Of a stretch of 64,000 nt of DNA, positions 8,887-18,918 are shown piece by piece; position 1 is the first letter of the stretch; every line of letters begins with the position of its first letter. Where the stretch lies: positions 1 to 64,000 of the forward strand of contig JANNVQ010000037.1 in NCBI GenBank assembly GCA_031414535.1, given 5' to 3'. The notes beneath the pieces were generated by a model. The model saw only the letters and a list, made by a program, of their open reading frames with translations. It was not told the origin of the DNA and ran no database searches. Both the position numbers and the translations under genes were made by a program. The DNA is from Gemmatimonas sp. (lineage in GTDB: Bacteria > Gemmatimonadota > Gemmatimonadetes > Gemmatimonadales > Gemmatimonadaceae).

Positions 8887-10376
8887 CCGGCTCACCTCCG
8901 GAAGGTCGCCACAGCGTCGTCGCGCGCAACACGCAGGCGCTGACGGCCGTTGGGCTCGAAGAAGGTACGGTGCGTCGCATTGGTCGCACTTGGGTGACGT
9001 CGTTCTATGTGGCGCTACGCAATCTAAAGATGTATCCGCTTGAGAACGCCGTGGTGCAGAAGGGACTTGAGGATCTCACCAAACTCTCCGCCGAGCTGAT
9101 TGATGGTGACGGGGAATGCGAGTTCCGACTCGCCGGTGAGTTCTTGTTCCTGAACGCGACGCGCATGAAGCTCGATCTGGACAATTACACGAGCTTTTCG
9201 TTCTTGCTCAACCGCTGCCGCGACAGCGGCGTCGGCGTCATTCGCTTCGTGGACCGACCGACCACGCGCGATTGGACGGTGTTGCTTTCCTTCCTGATCA
9301 AGCCCCAGGGCGACACGGCCGGCGCGCGTTTTGATCTCATCAACAAGCGCCTGTCCGAGACCAATGTCACGGTGTTCGACCTCGCGCCGCCGCCGGAAAG
9401 TGACGACAATCCCGAGGACGAGGGCGAGTCGAAGGAGCGTGCCAAGCGCACCTACCAGCAGTCGGTCACGACCACAAAAGAAGTACTGAACTCGGTGCGG
9501 ATGGGGCAGAGCCCCAACGTCAAGAAGATCAAGCGCGTGGTGCAGGGCATCGTTGACCAAATCTTGGCCGATGAAACGTCGCTCGTGGGCCTTACGACCA
9601 TCCGGGACTACGACGACTACACCTTTACGCACTGCGTGAACGTCGCAATCTTCTCCATCGCGTTGGGTCGTCGCCTCGGGCTGACGCGCATACAACTCTA
9701 CGACCTCGGCTTCACCGCGCTCTTCCACGATATCGGAAAGTCGCGCGTGCCCATTGACGTCATTCAAAAACCCGATGCGCTCGATGAAGAAGAGTGGCGT
9801 CTAGTGATGGCGCATCCGTGGCTTGGCGTGCTCGCACTCTTCCAGTTGCGCGAGCATTCTGAGTTTCCGTATCGCTCGATGATGGTGGCATACCAGCACC
9901 ATCAAAAGCGCGACCTCACAGGGTACCCCCGGTCGCTCCGCATCGCGGAGATGACGTTCTACTCCAAGATTGTCGCCGTGGCGGACGGCTTCGACGCCGC
10001 GACCTCGCGACGCGTGTACACGACGACGCCGCTGTCGCCGGCGGGTGTGCTACAGGAGATGCGCGACAATCCGCGTCGCGGTATGGATCCGGTGGTGGTA
10101 AAGGCCTTTGTTGCCTTGCTTGGCATTTATCCCGTCGGCTCGCTCGTCGTGCTCGATACCTTTGAACTGGCTATCGTGCACGCAGTGAACCCAATTCCCG
10201 AGATGGTCTCACGGCCCATCGTCCGCCTCATCAGCGACGATCTCGGCAACATCGAGCACCCTGGGCGCCTGTTCGATCTCGCCGAGAAGGACGCGGCGGG
10301 CACCTTCGTGAAGTCCATCATCAAGACCGCGGACCCTGAGCGCTACGGCATCAAGGTCGGCGACTACTTCGTCTAA
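8883..10376 (+). CDS. HD-GYP domain cyclic-dinucleotide phosphodiesterase
   Basis: YTFTHCVNV, FHDIGK, HHQKRDLTGYP, VADGFDAATSRRVY, GIYPVGSLV. Confidence 0.9.
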   Translation: MTGSPPEGRHSVVARNTQALTAVGLEEGTVRRIGRTWVTSFYVALRNLKMYPLENAVVQKGLEDLTKLSAELIDGDGECEFRLAGEFLFLNATRMKLDLDNYTSFSFLLNRCRDSGVGVIRFVDRPTTRDWTVLLSFLIKPQGDTAGARFDLINKRLSETNVTVFDLAPPPESDDNPEDEGESKERAKRTYQQSVTTTKEVLNSVRMGQSPNVKKIKRVVQGIVDQILADETSLVGLTTIRDYDDYTFTHCVNVAIFSIALGRRLGLTRIQLYDLGFTALFHDIGKSRVPIDVIQKPDALDEEEWRLVMAHPWLGVLALFQLREHSEFPYRSMMVAYQHHQKRDLTGYPRSLRIAEMTFYSKIVAVADGFDAATSRRVYTTTPLSPAGVLQEMRDNPRRGMDPVVVKAFVALLGIYPVGSLVVLDTFELAIVHAVNPIPEMVSRPIVRLISDDLGNIEHPGRLFDLAEKDAAGTFVKSIIKTADPERYGIKVGDYFV

Positions 10377-10380
10377 TACA

Positions 10381-11157
10381 GTGCTAACTGAACGCCTGCG
10401 CGCCGTGCGCGCGACGGGGCGCCGTGCGCTCGTCTGCTACGTCACCGCGGGTCATCCGGATGTCGCCGCGTCACGACGACTCATCAGCGAGCTCCCCGCC
10501 GCGGGGTGCGACGTCCTCGAAGTGGGTATCCCGTTCTCGGATCCGCTCGCGGATGGACCCATCATCCAAGGAAGCTCGCAGAAGGCTCTCGCTCTCGGGG
10601 TCACGCTCGACTCCGCGCTCGGCATCGTTGCGGAGGCGAAGCCGAGCGTGCCGGTCGTGCTCTTTTCCTATCTCAATCCGCTCATTCGCGCCGGCGACGA
10701 GGCCCTGAACCGGGCCAAGGCAGCAGGTGTGAGCGGCGTGCTGATCACGGATCTTCCGGTCGGTGCGGATCCAGAGCGTGAGGCCTGGTTTGGGCGCGGT
10801 CCGCTGGAGTACGTGCGGCTCGTAGCACCGACGACTCCCCAGGCGCGCATGGCCGAGATCGCGAAGCACGGAAGCGGCTTCGTGTACTTGATTTCGCGTT
10901 TGGGTGTCACGGGCACGCATCAAGGCGTGAGCGACGACCTCCCGGCCACCATCGCACGCCTACGTAGCGTCTGCGACCTGCCTATCTGCGTGGGTTTCGG
11001 CATTTCCACACCAGGCCAAGCCAAGAGTGTCGGTGCGCTAGCCGATGGTATCGTTGTCGGCTCGGCGCTTGTACAGATTGCCGAGACACAAGGGGTAGAC
11101 GCAGCGTTGGCCTTCGTGCGGACACTGCGCGAGGCACTTGACCAGGTGCCCGGGTGA
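10381..11157 (+). CDS. trpA: Tryptophan synthase alpha chain
   Basis: [39 protein letters not shown]. Confidence 0.97.
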   Translation: MLTERLRAVRATGRRALVCYVTAGHPDVAASRRLISELPAAGCDVLEVGIPFSDPLADGPIIQGSSQKALALGVTLDSALGIVAEAKPSVPVVLFSYLNPLIRAGDEALNRAKAAGVSGVLITDLPVGADPEREAWFGRGPLEYVRLVAPTTPQARMAEIAKHGSGFVYLISRLGVTGTHQGVSDDLPATIARLRSVCDLPICVGFGISTPGQAKSVGALADGIVVGSALVQIAETQGVDAALAFVRTLREALDQVPG

Positions 11158-13229
11158 GTCGCGCCGTCGTCGTCTACCGCACGGCGACACCACCGCTAGG
11201 CACGGCGGCATTGATCGTGGCCATGCTGGCTGACGATCGCTGGTGGCAGCAACCAGCCCTGACGTTGGTGTTGATTGTTGCCGCAACGCTCGCCAGACGC
11301 TTTCACTTACCCGTCACCAAGTTCACCTTCGTCGGCATCTTGGGAATGGTGGCCGTAGGTTCCGCGCTGCTGGCTGGCCCGGCTACCGCGATGGTTGCGG
11401 TCGTGATGGGCGTCGCCATCGCCGACGGATTGCTGTTGGGCCGAGGTGCACTCCCCGCGTGGATCAATGCCTCGCGTGAGGCCCTCGCGCTCATCGCGGC
11501 CTTCGGTTGGTACGCGTGGTCGCGTGGGCCCCTGAATGCTGGCGGTGACGGCCTAATTTCGGAAGCGCCCTCGATTGCCGTATTCGTAATTGTGCACTTC
11601 GCGCTCACGCGTGCGCTGCAGTACCTCTCGCTCTTGGTGCGCGACAAACTCTCCGCCGACGAGCGGAGCCTCATTCTGCGCTACGAGGTCATTGGGCTCG
11701 GGGCCAGCACATTGGCCCTCGCCGCGATGCTCGTGGCCATCTCCACGCTTGAGCTATTGGGCGTGCTGCTCGTGGCAGTGATGTTGGGTTTTGCGGGCCT
11801 GCTCGCGAAGCGCATCTTGGAAGAGAGCATCGCAGCGGAGGAGCTCAACACGGTGCTCGCCATGGAAGCCGCCATCTCCGCTGATGCCACCATTAGCGTG
11901 GCCATTGAGCGCATCGAGCGGATGGCTCAGCGGCTGCTGGAGTGGAAGGAGCTGCGTGTGCTGCGTTGGAACGGAACGGAGGCCACTGTCATCTATCGCA
12001 GTAGTGCCGGTCACGCCGAGCTTTCGGAACCGGCGCCACGCGATGGTGCGCAACTCAGGGCCGAGGCCCTCCGTGATGGCCAAGTGCTGCTGTTGCCGGA
12101 CGCCAATCGCGACCCGCGCGTCGAGCGGCCGCTGGCGTCTGCGGCTTCACGTGCGGTTGCGCCGCTCATCTTCGGTGACCGACTGATCGGTCTCCTTGAG
12201 CTCGATACTCCCAAACGCGGCGCCTACAGCTCCAAGGATGGCGTGCTCCTCAAGCGCGTGTCACAGCAGTTGGCGACCGCGATGCACCTCATTGATTTGC
12301 GCGCCCCCCTCGTAGCCACGGTGCAACGTCTTACGCACGAGGTTGAGACCCTCACGGGGTCCGCTCGCACACTACGGGGAGGTGGCGAGGGAGTGGTGCG
12401 CGCGGTCAGCGAGATCGAACGGGGCCTCCTTGAGGAAACTGAGCAGTTGCGCTTGGGGATGGAGAGCATGCAGGCCCTGGCCAATCGCACGCGCGCCGTC
12501 GCGACAGACGCCACCGAAGCGCACACGGGTACGCGCGCCGCAAGCGCTACCGCCGCGGAGAATCGCGCAGCGGTTGAAGTGGCCCTTCAGCAACTACTCG
12601 ACGCGAAGGGCTTCGCGGCCAAGAGCGCCGAGCGTGTGGCCACGCTCGGCTCCACCATGCGCGAGGTCACGGACTTCATCGCCGTCATTCGCGAATTGGC
12701 CACCCAAACGAACCTTCTCGCGCTGAACGCAGCCATTGAAGCGGCACGAGCGGGACACGAGGGCCGTGGGTTCGCCGTGGTGGCTGAGGAAGTCCGGGCG
12801 CTGGCAGACGAAAGCGGGAAGGCCGCCAACGATGCGCAACGCGCCCTGAAATCCTTCGAAGAGGAGATGCGGCAGACGGCGATGCTGATGAGTAGCGGCG
12901 AGTCTCTCGTGCGTGACGCCGAGTTGCGCTCATCCGGCTCGCGTGAGGCTTTGGGACGCATCGTCGAGGGCACGGCGGGTGCGGCCACCCACGCGGCTCG
13001 CATCGCGAGTTCGGCGGAGGAGCAACGGCTTGAGGTGGAGCGCATGCGTGAGCGGCTCACGCGCCTCGAGGCGATTGTCGCGCGGAATCGCGACGGACTT
13101 GCTTCCGTCAGTGGTTCGGTGGCGAGCCAAGCCGAGGCACTGCGCAGCTTGGAGCGGGCTACCACCGAGTTGCGCGACGTGGTGAACACGCTCGGCGTCC
13201 TGACCCAGCGTGTGACGAGGTCGGGATGA
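11154..13229 (+). CDS. Methyl-accepting chemotaxis-type protein (multi-TM sensor, GAF, MCP signalling domain)
   Basis: About 230-aa hydrophobic N-terminus, GAF-like segment ([15 protein letters not shown]), and [34 protein letters not shown]. Confidence 0.92.
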   Translation: MSRAVVVYRTATPPLGTAALIVAMLADDRWWQQPALTLVLIVAATLARRFHLPVTKFTFVGILGMVAVGSALLAGPATAMVAVVMGVAIADGLLLGRGALPAWINASREALALIAAFGWYAWSRGPLNAGGDGLISEAPSIAVFVIVHFALTRALQYLSLLVRDKLSADERSLILRYEVIGLGASTLALAAMLVAISTLELLGVLLVAVMLGFAGLLAKRILEESIAAEELNTVLAMEAAISADATISVAIERIERMAQRLLEWKELRVLRWNGTEATVIYRSSAGHAELSEPAPRDGAQLRAEALRDGQVLLLPDANRDPRVERPLASAASRAVAPLIFGDRLIGLLELDTPKRGAYSSKDGVLLKRVSQQLATAMHLIDLRAPLVATVQRLTHEVETLTGSARTLRGGGEGVVRAVSEIERGLLEETEQLRLGMESMQALANRTRAVATDATEAHTGTRAASATAAENRAAVEVALQQLLDAKGFAAKSAERVATLGSTMREVTDFIAVIRELATQTNLLALNAAIEAARAGHEGRGFAVVAEEVRALADESGKAANDAQRALKSFEEEMRQTAMLMSSGESLVRDAELRSSGSREALGRIVEGTAGAATHAARIASSAEEQRLEVERMRERLTRLEAIVARNRDGLASVSGSVASQAEALRSLERATTELRDVVNTLGVLTQRVTRSG

Positions 13230-13762
13230 GTGAGCCCGTGCTACCACCTTGGGCTGAGGTCGGCGACAAGCGACGAGCCCACATTGCGCGTGTCACGGCA
13301 CTGCTTGACCACTGGGCTTCCCAACTGCAACTCCACGCGGCGGAAGCTCAGGCTTGGCATGATGCCGGGCGCTGGCATGATGCGCTGCGCGATGCGAGCA
13401 ACGAGACGCTGCGTGGTTTGGCGGACGACCCCGAACGCCCAGTCGAGACCCTGCACGGGCCCGCCGCGGCTGCGCGTTTAGCGGGCGAAGGTGAATCACG
13501 CGCCGACGTGCTTGAGGCCATTCGTTGGCATACGGTGGGGCAGGCATCGTGGTCGAGTGTGGGACGAGCACTCTACATGGCAGATTTCTTAGAGCCCGGA
13601 CGACAGTTCGCGCGCGCAGATCGTGCATTTCTCGCCGATCATTTGGTGCATGACTTTGAGGGAGTTTTCCGTCAGGTTGTACGCATGCGCATCGAGTGGA
13701 CCGTTCGTGAGGGAAAAGCGCTGTTCCCCGAGACGGTTGCGCTCTGGAATCAGGTTCGCTGA
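13226..13762 (+). CDS. HD-domain hydrolase, YqeK-like (Ap4A hydrolase family)
   Basis: [31 protein letters not shown]. Confidence 0.8.
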   Translation: MSEPVLPPWAEVGDKRRAHIARVTALLDHWASQLQLHAAEAQAWHDAGRWHDALRDASNETLRGLADDPERPVETLHGPAAAARLAGEGESRADVLEAIRWHTVGQASWSSVGRALYMADFLEPGRQFARADRAFLADHLVHDFEGVFRQVVRMRIEWTVREGKALFPETVALWNQVR

Positions 13763-14193
13763 TGCGTCTCAGAGGGCGGTGGATCCTACTGGCAATCGTG
13801 CTGGGCCTCGGTGGCGCACTGGCATGGCGAGCGCTACGCTCGGATGCTCGCCAAGAGCTGATTGAAGACGCGCCGATTGCTCGCATCGTCCCCGACTCGC
13901 TGCGGATTAAGGTCGAAGTCCTCAATGCCACGAGCATCCGAGGACTCGCCCGGCGCGGCACCTTCGTAATGCGCGATCTCGGCTTTGATGTGGTGAACAG
14001 TGGAAACAGCAACGAGAAGCTGGATTCCACCACGGTCGTCGTGCGGAGCGGTCGAATGGACTGGGGAGAGCTTGCCGCACAGGGACTCGGCGGGGCACGC
14101 GTCATCTCGCGCCCGGATACCTCAGGCTACCTCGACCTCACGATCCTCATCGGTAGCGCCTGGCGGCCGCCGTCGCAGACGTTCCACCCGTAG
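13762..14193 (+). CDS. LytR C-terminal domain membrane protein
   Basis: N-terminal TM; VEVLNAT..RGLA, GFDVV..GN, DLTILIG. Confidence 0.85.
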   Translation: MRLRGRWILLAIVLGLGGALAWRALRSDARQELIEDAPIARIVPDSLRIKVEVLNATSIRGLARRGTFVMRDLGFDVVNSGNSNEKLDSTTVVVRSGRMDWGELAAQGLGGARVISRPDTSGYLDLTILIGSAWRPPSQTFHP

Positions 14194-15195
14194 CTGTCCG
14201 CAGGCCGCGGCAATATCAATCCCGCGGCTTTTGCGAATGGCCACTTCCACGCCGGCGTTCCGAATGCGACGCGCGAATTTGGCGATGGCTTCGGGCGTCG
14301 TTGGCGTGAATCCCATGGAACCGCCAGGGTGGAGCGGAATGAGGTTGACGAAGGCACCGCACTCCTGAGCGAGCTCTGCCAATTCGTCGGCATGCATCGG
14401 TGCATCGTTCACGCCCCCGAGCATCACGTACTCGAAGGTGACGCGACGGCTGAACTCCGAGGCCGCGCGAATGACGTCGGACAGAGGATACTTGGTGTTC
14501 ACCGGCATCAGTTCGCCGCGCAGTTCATCGCTGGGCGCATGAATGGAGAGGGCAAGGCGGAACTGCTCCTTGCGATGCCCGAGCGCAATGATGCCTGGGA
14601 GGACGCCCACGGTGGACACCGTGATGTGCCGTGCGCCAATACCGAAGCCTTTGGGATCGTTGAGCACCGTGAGCACGTGCTCAACAGCCTTCCAGTTCAT
14701 GAGCGGTTCGCCCATGCCCATGAACACGATGTTGGTGGCGCGGACGGGCGGATTCAGCAGCGCCAGCTCGCGGACCTGACCGGCAATCTCGCTCACGGAA
14801 AGATTGCGGGCGAAGCCCATCGCACCCGTGGCGCAGAATGCGCACTTGAGCGCGCAACCTACCTGCGACGAAATGCAGAAGGTCATGCGCTCGCCATCGG
14901 GGATGGCCACGGTTTCGACGCTTTGCCCGTCCTCAAGCTTGAAGAGGAACTTCCGCGTCCCGTCCACCGATTTCTGTTCGGTGATGAGGGCCAGTCGGGG
15001 CATGGAGAAATGCTGGCTGAGGAGCTCCCGAAACACCTTGGGGAGGTCGGTCATTTGCTCGAACCCGGCGACGGGCTTCTGCCACAGATGGGGCAGGACT
15101 TGGCTACCCCGGAAGGGCTTTTCGCCCTGCGCCACGGCAAATTCACGGAGGACCCGCTCCGCGTCCGCGGGGGCTAAGTCGAGCAGATTCAGCAT
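14122..15195 (-). CDS. rlmN: Dual-specificity RNA methyltransferase RlmN
   Basis: CISSQVGCALKCAFCATG, FMGMGEP, IAAACGQL. Confidence 0.97.
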   Translation of the reverse strand: MLNLLDLAPADAERVLREFAVAQGEKPFRGSQVLPHLWQKPVAGFEQMTDLPKVFRELLSQHFSMPRLALITEQKSVDGTRKFLFKLEDGQSVETVAIPDGERMTFCISSQVGCALKCAFCATGAMGFARNLSVSEIAGQVRELALLNPPVRATNIVFMGMGEPLMNWKAVEHVLTVLNDPKGFGIGARHITVSTVGVLPGIIALGHRKEQFRLALSIHAPSDELRGELMPVNTKYPLSDVIRAASEFSRRVTFEYVMLGGVNDAPMHADELAELAQECGAFVNLIPLHPGGSMGFTPTTPEAIAKFARRIRNAGVEVAIRKSRGIDIAAACGQLRVERLRRRPPGATDEDREVEVA

Positions 15196-15279
15196 CTAGC
15201 AGAGTACCGAATCTGTAGAGGTCACGCAACGGGCGTCGGCTACCACCAAGTGGTGATGCCAGTTAGATTTAGCCCTTCA

Positions 15280-15681
15280 ATGCCTGATGCGAGTATACCC
15301 GCCGCGCGCGCTGCCGCCGCGGTCCGTTGGACCCCGCCAATTCTGTGGCTGGCGATTATCCTCGTTGGCACCTCGTGGCCGAGCATCAATCTCGGGTCGC
15401 CTGACCTCGCCCTCGATAAGGTCGCGCACTTCACCGCGTATTCCATTCTCGCCGCGCTGAGCCTGCGTTCAACGCTGACGCCGCGCAGCGTCGGGACGGT
15501 CGTGGCCGTCGTTCTGGGCGTCGCCCTTCTCGGCGCCGTGGACGAGTGGCACCAGAGTTTTATCGTCGGGCGCTCGATGAGCTTCCTCGACTGGTGCGCC
15601 GATTCGCTCGGCGCGGTGATTGGTGCGCTGACTGTTCGGTTCATTCCTTTTCTCACTCCTCGCCGTCCGCAGACCCCGTGA
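15280..15681 (+). CDS. VanZ family membrane protein
   Basis: DKVAHFTAY, DEWHQSFIVGR, DWCADSLG. Confidence 0.9.
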   Translation: MPDASIPAARAAAAVRWTPPILWLAIILVGTSWPSINLGSPDLALDKVAHFTAYSILAALSLRSTLTPRSVGTVVAVVLGVALLGAVDEWHQSFIVGRSMSFLDWCADSLGAVIGALTVRFIPFLTPRRPQTP

Positions 15682-17468
15682 CCACTGCCGCTGACTCCCT
15701 CGCGACCACGCTCCGCACTCACCTTGGGGGCGCGTTGCGCCTTGCCCATGACGGCCAGCGCGTCACGCTCGGCGGCTGGGTGCACAAGTCTCGCGACCTT
15801 GGCGGTCAGCTGTTCATTGACCTTCGGGATCGGGAGGGACTGGTTCAACTCGCCTTCAATCCGCATTGGACCCCGGCCGAGGTGACGACGGCGGGCACTG
15901 CTATTGGGCTCGAGTGCGCAGTGTTGGTGGAGGGTGTGGTGGCGCCGCGCCCTGATGGGCTGCGCAATCCTGAGATGCTGACGGGCGAGATCGAGGTGCG
16001 CGTGTCCTCCATCAAGGTGGTTGGGCCAGCCGCGACACCCGCCATTCCCGTCGCACTCGACAAGGAAGCCAAGCGACCCTCCGAGGACCTTCGCTTGCGC
16101 CATCGCGTGCTGGACCTCCGGCGGCCGGAACTGCAGCGGAATCTGGTGCTGCGCCACCGGCTCCTTCAGGTGACGCGCAACTTCCTCTCGGGTGCGGGCT
16201 ATCTGGAGTTGGAGACGCCGATCCTCACCAAGCCCACACCCGAAGGCGCGCGCGACTTCTTGGTGCCGAGCCGCATGCATGCCGGCGAGTTCTTTGCCCT
16301 GCCGCAGTCACCGCAGATCTACAAGCAGTTGTTCATGTGCGCCGGTTTCGATCGCTACTTCCAAATCGCGCGCTGCTTCCGCGATGAGGATTTGCGCGCC
16401 GATCGCCAGCTCGAGTTCACGCAGATTGACATCGAAGCCTCGTTCATCACGCGTGAAGACATCATCACGATGTCCGAAGAGCTGATCAAGGCGTTGTGGG
16501 CCGAGGCGGGAGTCGCCATTACGACGCCGTTCCAGCGTATGAGCTACGCCGACTCAATGGAGCGTTATGGCTGCGATCGCCCCGACCTCCGCTATGGGCT
16601 TGAGATCCGCGACGTCACCGCCGCTTTCCAGGGCTCTGAGTCGGGGATTATCCAGTCGGTGTTGTCCGCTGGTGGACGCGTGCGTGGCATCACGGTGCCC
16701 GGCGCGTCGAGCTGGAGCCGCAAGCAGGTGGATGAGCTCGAAGCCATCGCCAAGTCTGCGGGTGCAGGAGGCGTCGTGCGGCTCAAGCGCGCTGAAGGGA
16801 AGCTCGAGGGACCACTGGCCAAGTTTCTCGCGGCTGAGGCCGGCGATGCACTCGGCTTGACGGACGGCGATCTGTTTTTGGGCGTCGCGGGTCCCGACCG
16901 CGTGTCGAGCCCGGCGCTCGACCGCGTGCGGCAGGAATGTGCCTCGCGACTCGGCCTGCAGGATCCGAATCACCGCGAGTTTCTCTGGGTGCTCGACTTT
17001 CCAATGTTCGACCAAGATCCGCAGACGGGCACATTGGCGGCCGTGCACCATCCGTTCACGTCGCCCAACACGGACGACATGGCAGCGCGTCCAGCCAATC
17101 CAGAGACGTGGCGCGCATTTGCCTACGATTGCGTGCTCAACGGCACTGAGCTTGGCGGTGGGAGTATCCGTACCAGCGATCCCAGCGTGCAAGCGCGGAT
17201 GTTTGAACTACTGGGGATTGGTGATCGCGAGGAGCAGGAGCGTCGCTTCGGCTTCTTGCTCGAAGGCCTGCGGGCTGGCGCACCTCCGCACGGCGGCATC
17301 GCGTTTGGGTTTGATCGCATTTCTATGCTGTTGGCGGGTGCGGATTCCCTGCGTGATGTGATTGCATTTCCCAAGACCACGGCGGCACGGGCGCTCTTTG
17401 AGGGCGCGCCCTCACAGGTGCCCGCGCAAGATCTCGCTGAACTGCACATTCGAGTACAGGAGGATTGA
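15678..17468 (+). CDS. aspS: Aspartate--tRNA ligase
   Basis: From GTG 15678: FIDLRDREG, TPEGARDF, LPQSPQ, CFRDEDLRADRQ, GAPPHGG, FPKT. Confidence 0.97.
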   Translation: MTTAADSLATTLRTHLGGALRLAHDGQRVTLGGWVHKSRDLGGQLFIDLRDREGLVQLAFNPHWTPAEVTTAGTAIGLECAVLVEGVVAPRPDGLRNPEMLTGEIEVRVSSIKVVGPAATPAIPVALDKEAKRPSEDLRLRHRVLDLRRPELQRNLVLRHRLLQVTRNFLSGAGYLELETPILTKPTPEGARDFLVPSRMHAGEFFALPQSPQIYKQLFMCAGFDRYFQIARCFRDEDLRADRQLEFTQIDIEASFITREDIITMSEELIKALWAEAGVAITTPFQRMSYADSMERYGCDRPDLRYGLEIRDVTAAFQGSESGIIQSVLSAGGRVRGITVPGASSWSRKQVDELEAIAKSAGAGGVVRLKRAEGKLEGPLAKFLAAEAGDALGLTDGDLFLGVAGPDRVSSPALDRVRQECASRLGLQDPNHREFLWVLDFPMFDQDPQTGTLAAVHHPFTSPNTDDMAARPANPETWRAFAYDCVLNGTELGGGSIRTSDPSVQARMFELLGIGDREEQERRFGFLLEGLRAGAPPHGGIAFGFDRISMLLAGADSLRDVIAFPKTTAARALFEGAPSQVPAQDLAELHIRVQED

Positions 17469-18430
17469 TGACCGACGGAACCATCAGCGGGGAAGCAATC
17501 ACCACCAAATTGCCGACCGAGGGAGCGGACCTGCTCACCTTGGCTGGCGTGGCCGATGGCAATCTCTCCGAACTGCAGCGTCTGTTTCCCGTGCGCATTG
17601 CGCTGCGCGGCGAGCAGATGACACTGACCGGTACGCCCGAGGCGGTAGAGAAGGCCGCCGTGGTGGCGCAACGGATGATTGATCACGCCAAGCAGCGTCA
17701 GGCGCTTGAGCCGGATGACGTGCTGCGTTTCTCGCTGGAAGGCCCCGCTCGCGAATCCGGAAGCTCAGGTAGGATTGTGCTGCCTGGAATCCGCAAGATC
17801 ATTCAGCCCAAGACCAATGGGCAGGCTGAGTACATGCAGAAGATGCTCGACAACGAGATTGTCATTGGCATCGGACCTGCTGGCACCGGCAAGACCTATC
17901 TCGCGGTCGCCGCGGCAGTTGATGCACTGGCACGCAAGCGGGTGAAGCGCATCGTGCTCGCGCGCCCCGCGGTGGAGGCGGGCGAGTCGCTGGGTTTCCT
18001 GCCGGGCGACATGCAGGCGAAGGTAGATCCTTACTTGCGCCCGCTCTACGACGCGCTGGATGACCTGATGCCGCCCGAACGCGTGGTGCGCGCCTTAGAA
18101 ACGCGCGTCATCGAGATTGCGCCACTGGCGTACATGCGAGGCCGCACGCTCGGCGATGCCTTCGTGATTCTTGACGAAGCGCAGAACGCCACCAACGCGC
18201 AGATGAAGATGTTCCTGACGCGCCTAGGCTTGAATTCGCGGGCCGTTATCACGGGTGACAAAACGCAGGTTGACCTACCGAAGCGCGAGGAGAGCGGCTT
18301 GCTGCAGGTGGAGCGTATCCTTCAGGGCATCGACGGCATCGGTTTCCACTACTTCACCGAAACCGATGTCGTGCGCCATCGCCTCGTACGCGAAATCGTG
18401 AAGGCCTATGCGGCGGACGCCGGCACGTGA
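17468..18430 (+). CDS. phoH: PhoH family (YbeZ-like) protein
   Basis: GPAGTGKT, RPAVEAGE.LGFLPGD, AYMRGRTL, DEAQN. Confidence 0.93.
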   Translation: MTDGTISGEAITTKLPTEGADLLTLAGVADGNLSELQRLFPVRIALRGEQMTLTGTPEAVEKAAVVAQRMIDHAKQRQALEPDDVLRFSLEGPARESGSSGRIVLPGIRKIIQPKTNGQAEYMQKMLDNEIVIGIGPAGTGKTYLAVAAAVDALARKRVKRIVLARPAVEAGESLGFLPGDMQAKVDPYLRPLYDALDDLMPPERVVRALETRVIEIAPLAYMRGRTLGDAFVILDEAQNATNAQMKMFLTRLGLNSRAVITGDKTQVDLPKREESGLLQVERILQGIDGIGFHYFTETDVVRHRLVREIVKAYAADAGT

Positions 18431-18918
18431 GTAAAGGTGCGAGTAAACGCGCAGGTATAACTGTGAGTAAAACTGCGAGTACGGGCGGGGTGCGCGTCGT
18501 CGTCAACGCCGAAGGGCTGCGTGTGCCCGTCTCGGGCGCGGGTCTCCGCGCCGCGGTCGAGATGGTGTTGGCTGCGCAAAAGGTGAAGCACGCGCTGATT
18601 AGCGTCACCTTGATGACGCCGCGCCGGATGGCGGCGCTCAACGTGAAGCATCTGCGGCATAGCGGGCCGACCGACATCATCACCTTCGGTTTCCGCGACC
18701 CCGCCGGCGCGCTGATTGGCGACCTGTATCTGTGTCCTACCGTTGCCGCCGCCAATGCCAAGACATTTGGCGTGCGCCAGCGTGAAGAACTCCTGCGTCT
18801 CGCCGTACACGGGACGCTGCACGTGTTGGGCTACGAGCATCCAGAAGGCGAGAGCCGCATAAAGTCGCCAATGTGGAAGCTGCAAGAACGCTTGCTCGCG
18901 CGGGTGCAGAAGGCGTGA
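18427..18918 (+). CDS. ybeY: rRNA maturation RNase YbeY
   Basis: PTDIITF and HGTLHVLGYEH (H-x3-H-x5-H); follows phoH. Confidence 0.92.
   Translation: MSKGASKRAGITVSKTASTGGVRVVVNAEGLRVPVSGAGLRAAVEMVLAAQKVKHALISVTLMTPRRMAALNVKHLRHSGPTDIITFGFRDPAGALIGDLYLCPTVAAANAKTFGVRQREELLRLAVHGTLHVLGYEHPEGESRIKSPMWKLQERLLARVQKA

Noticed and set aside
15678..17468. Calling AspRS discriminating or non-discriminating
   Set aside because: Mixed signature (RDLGG with Leu, but RPDG with Gly); cannot be decided by eye.
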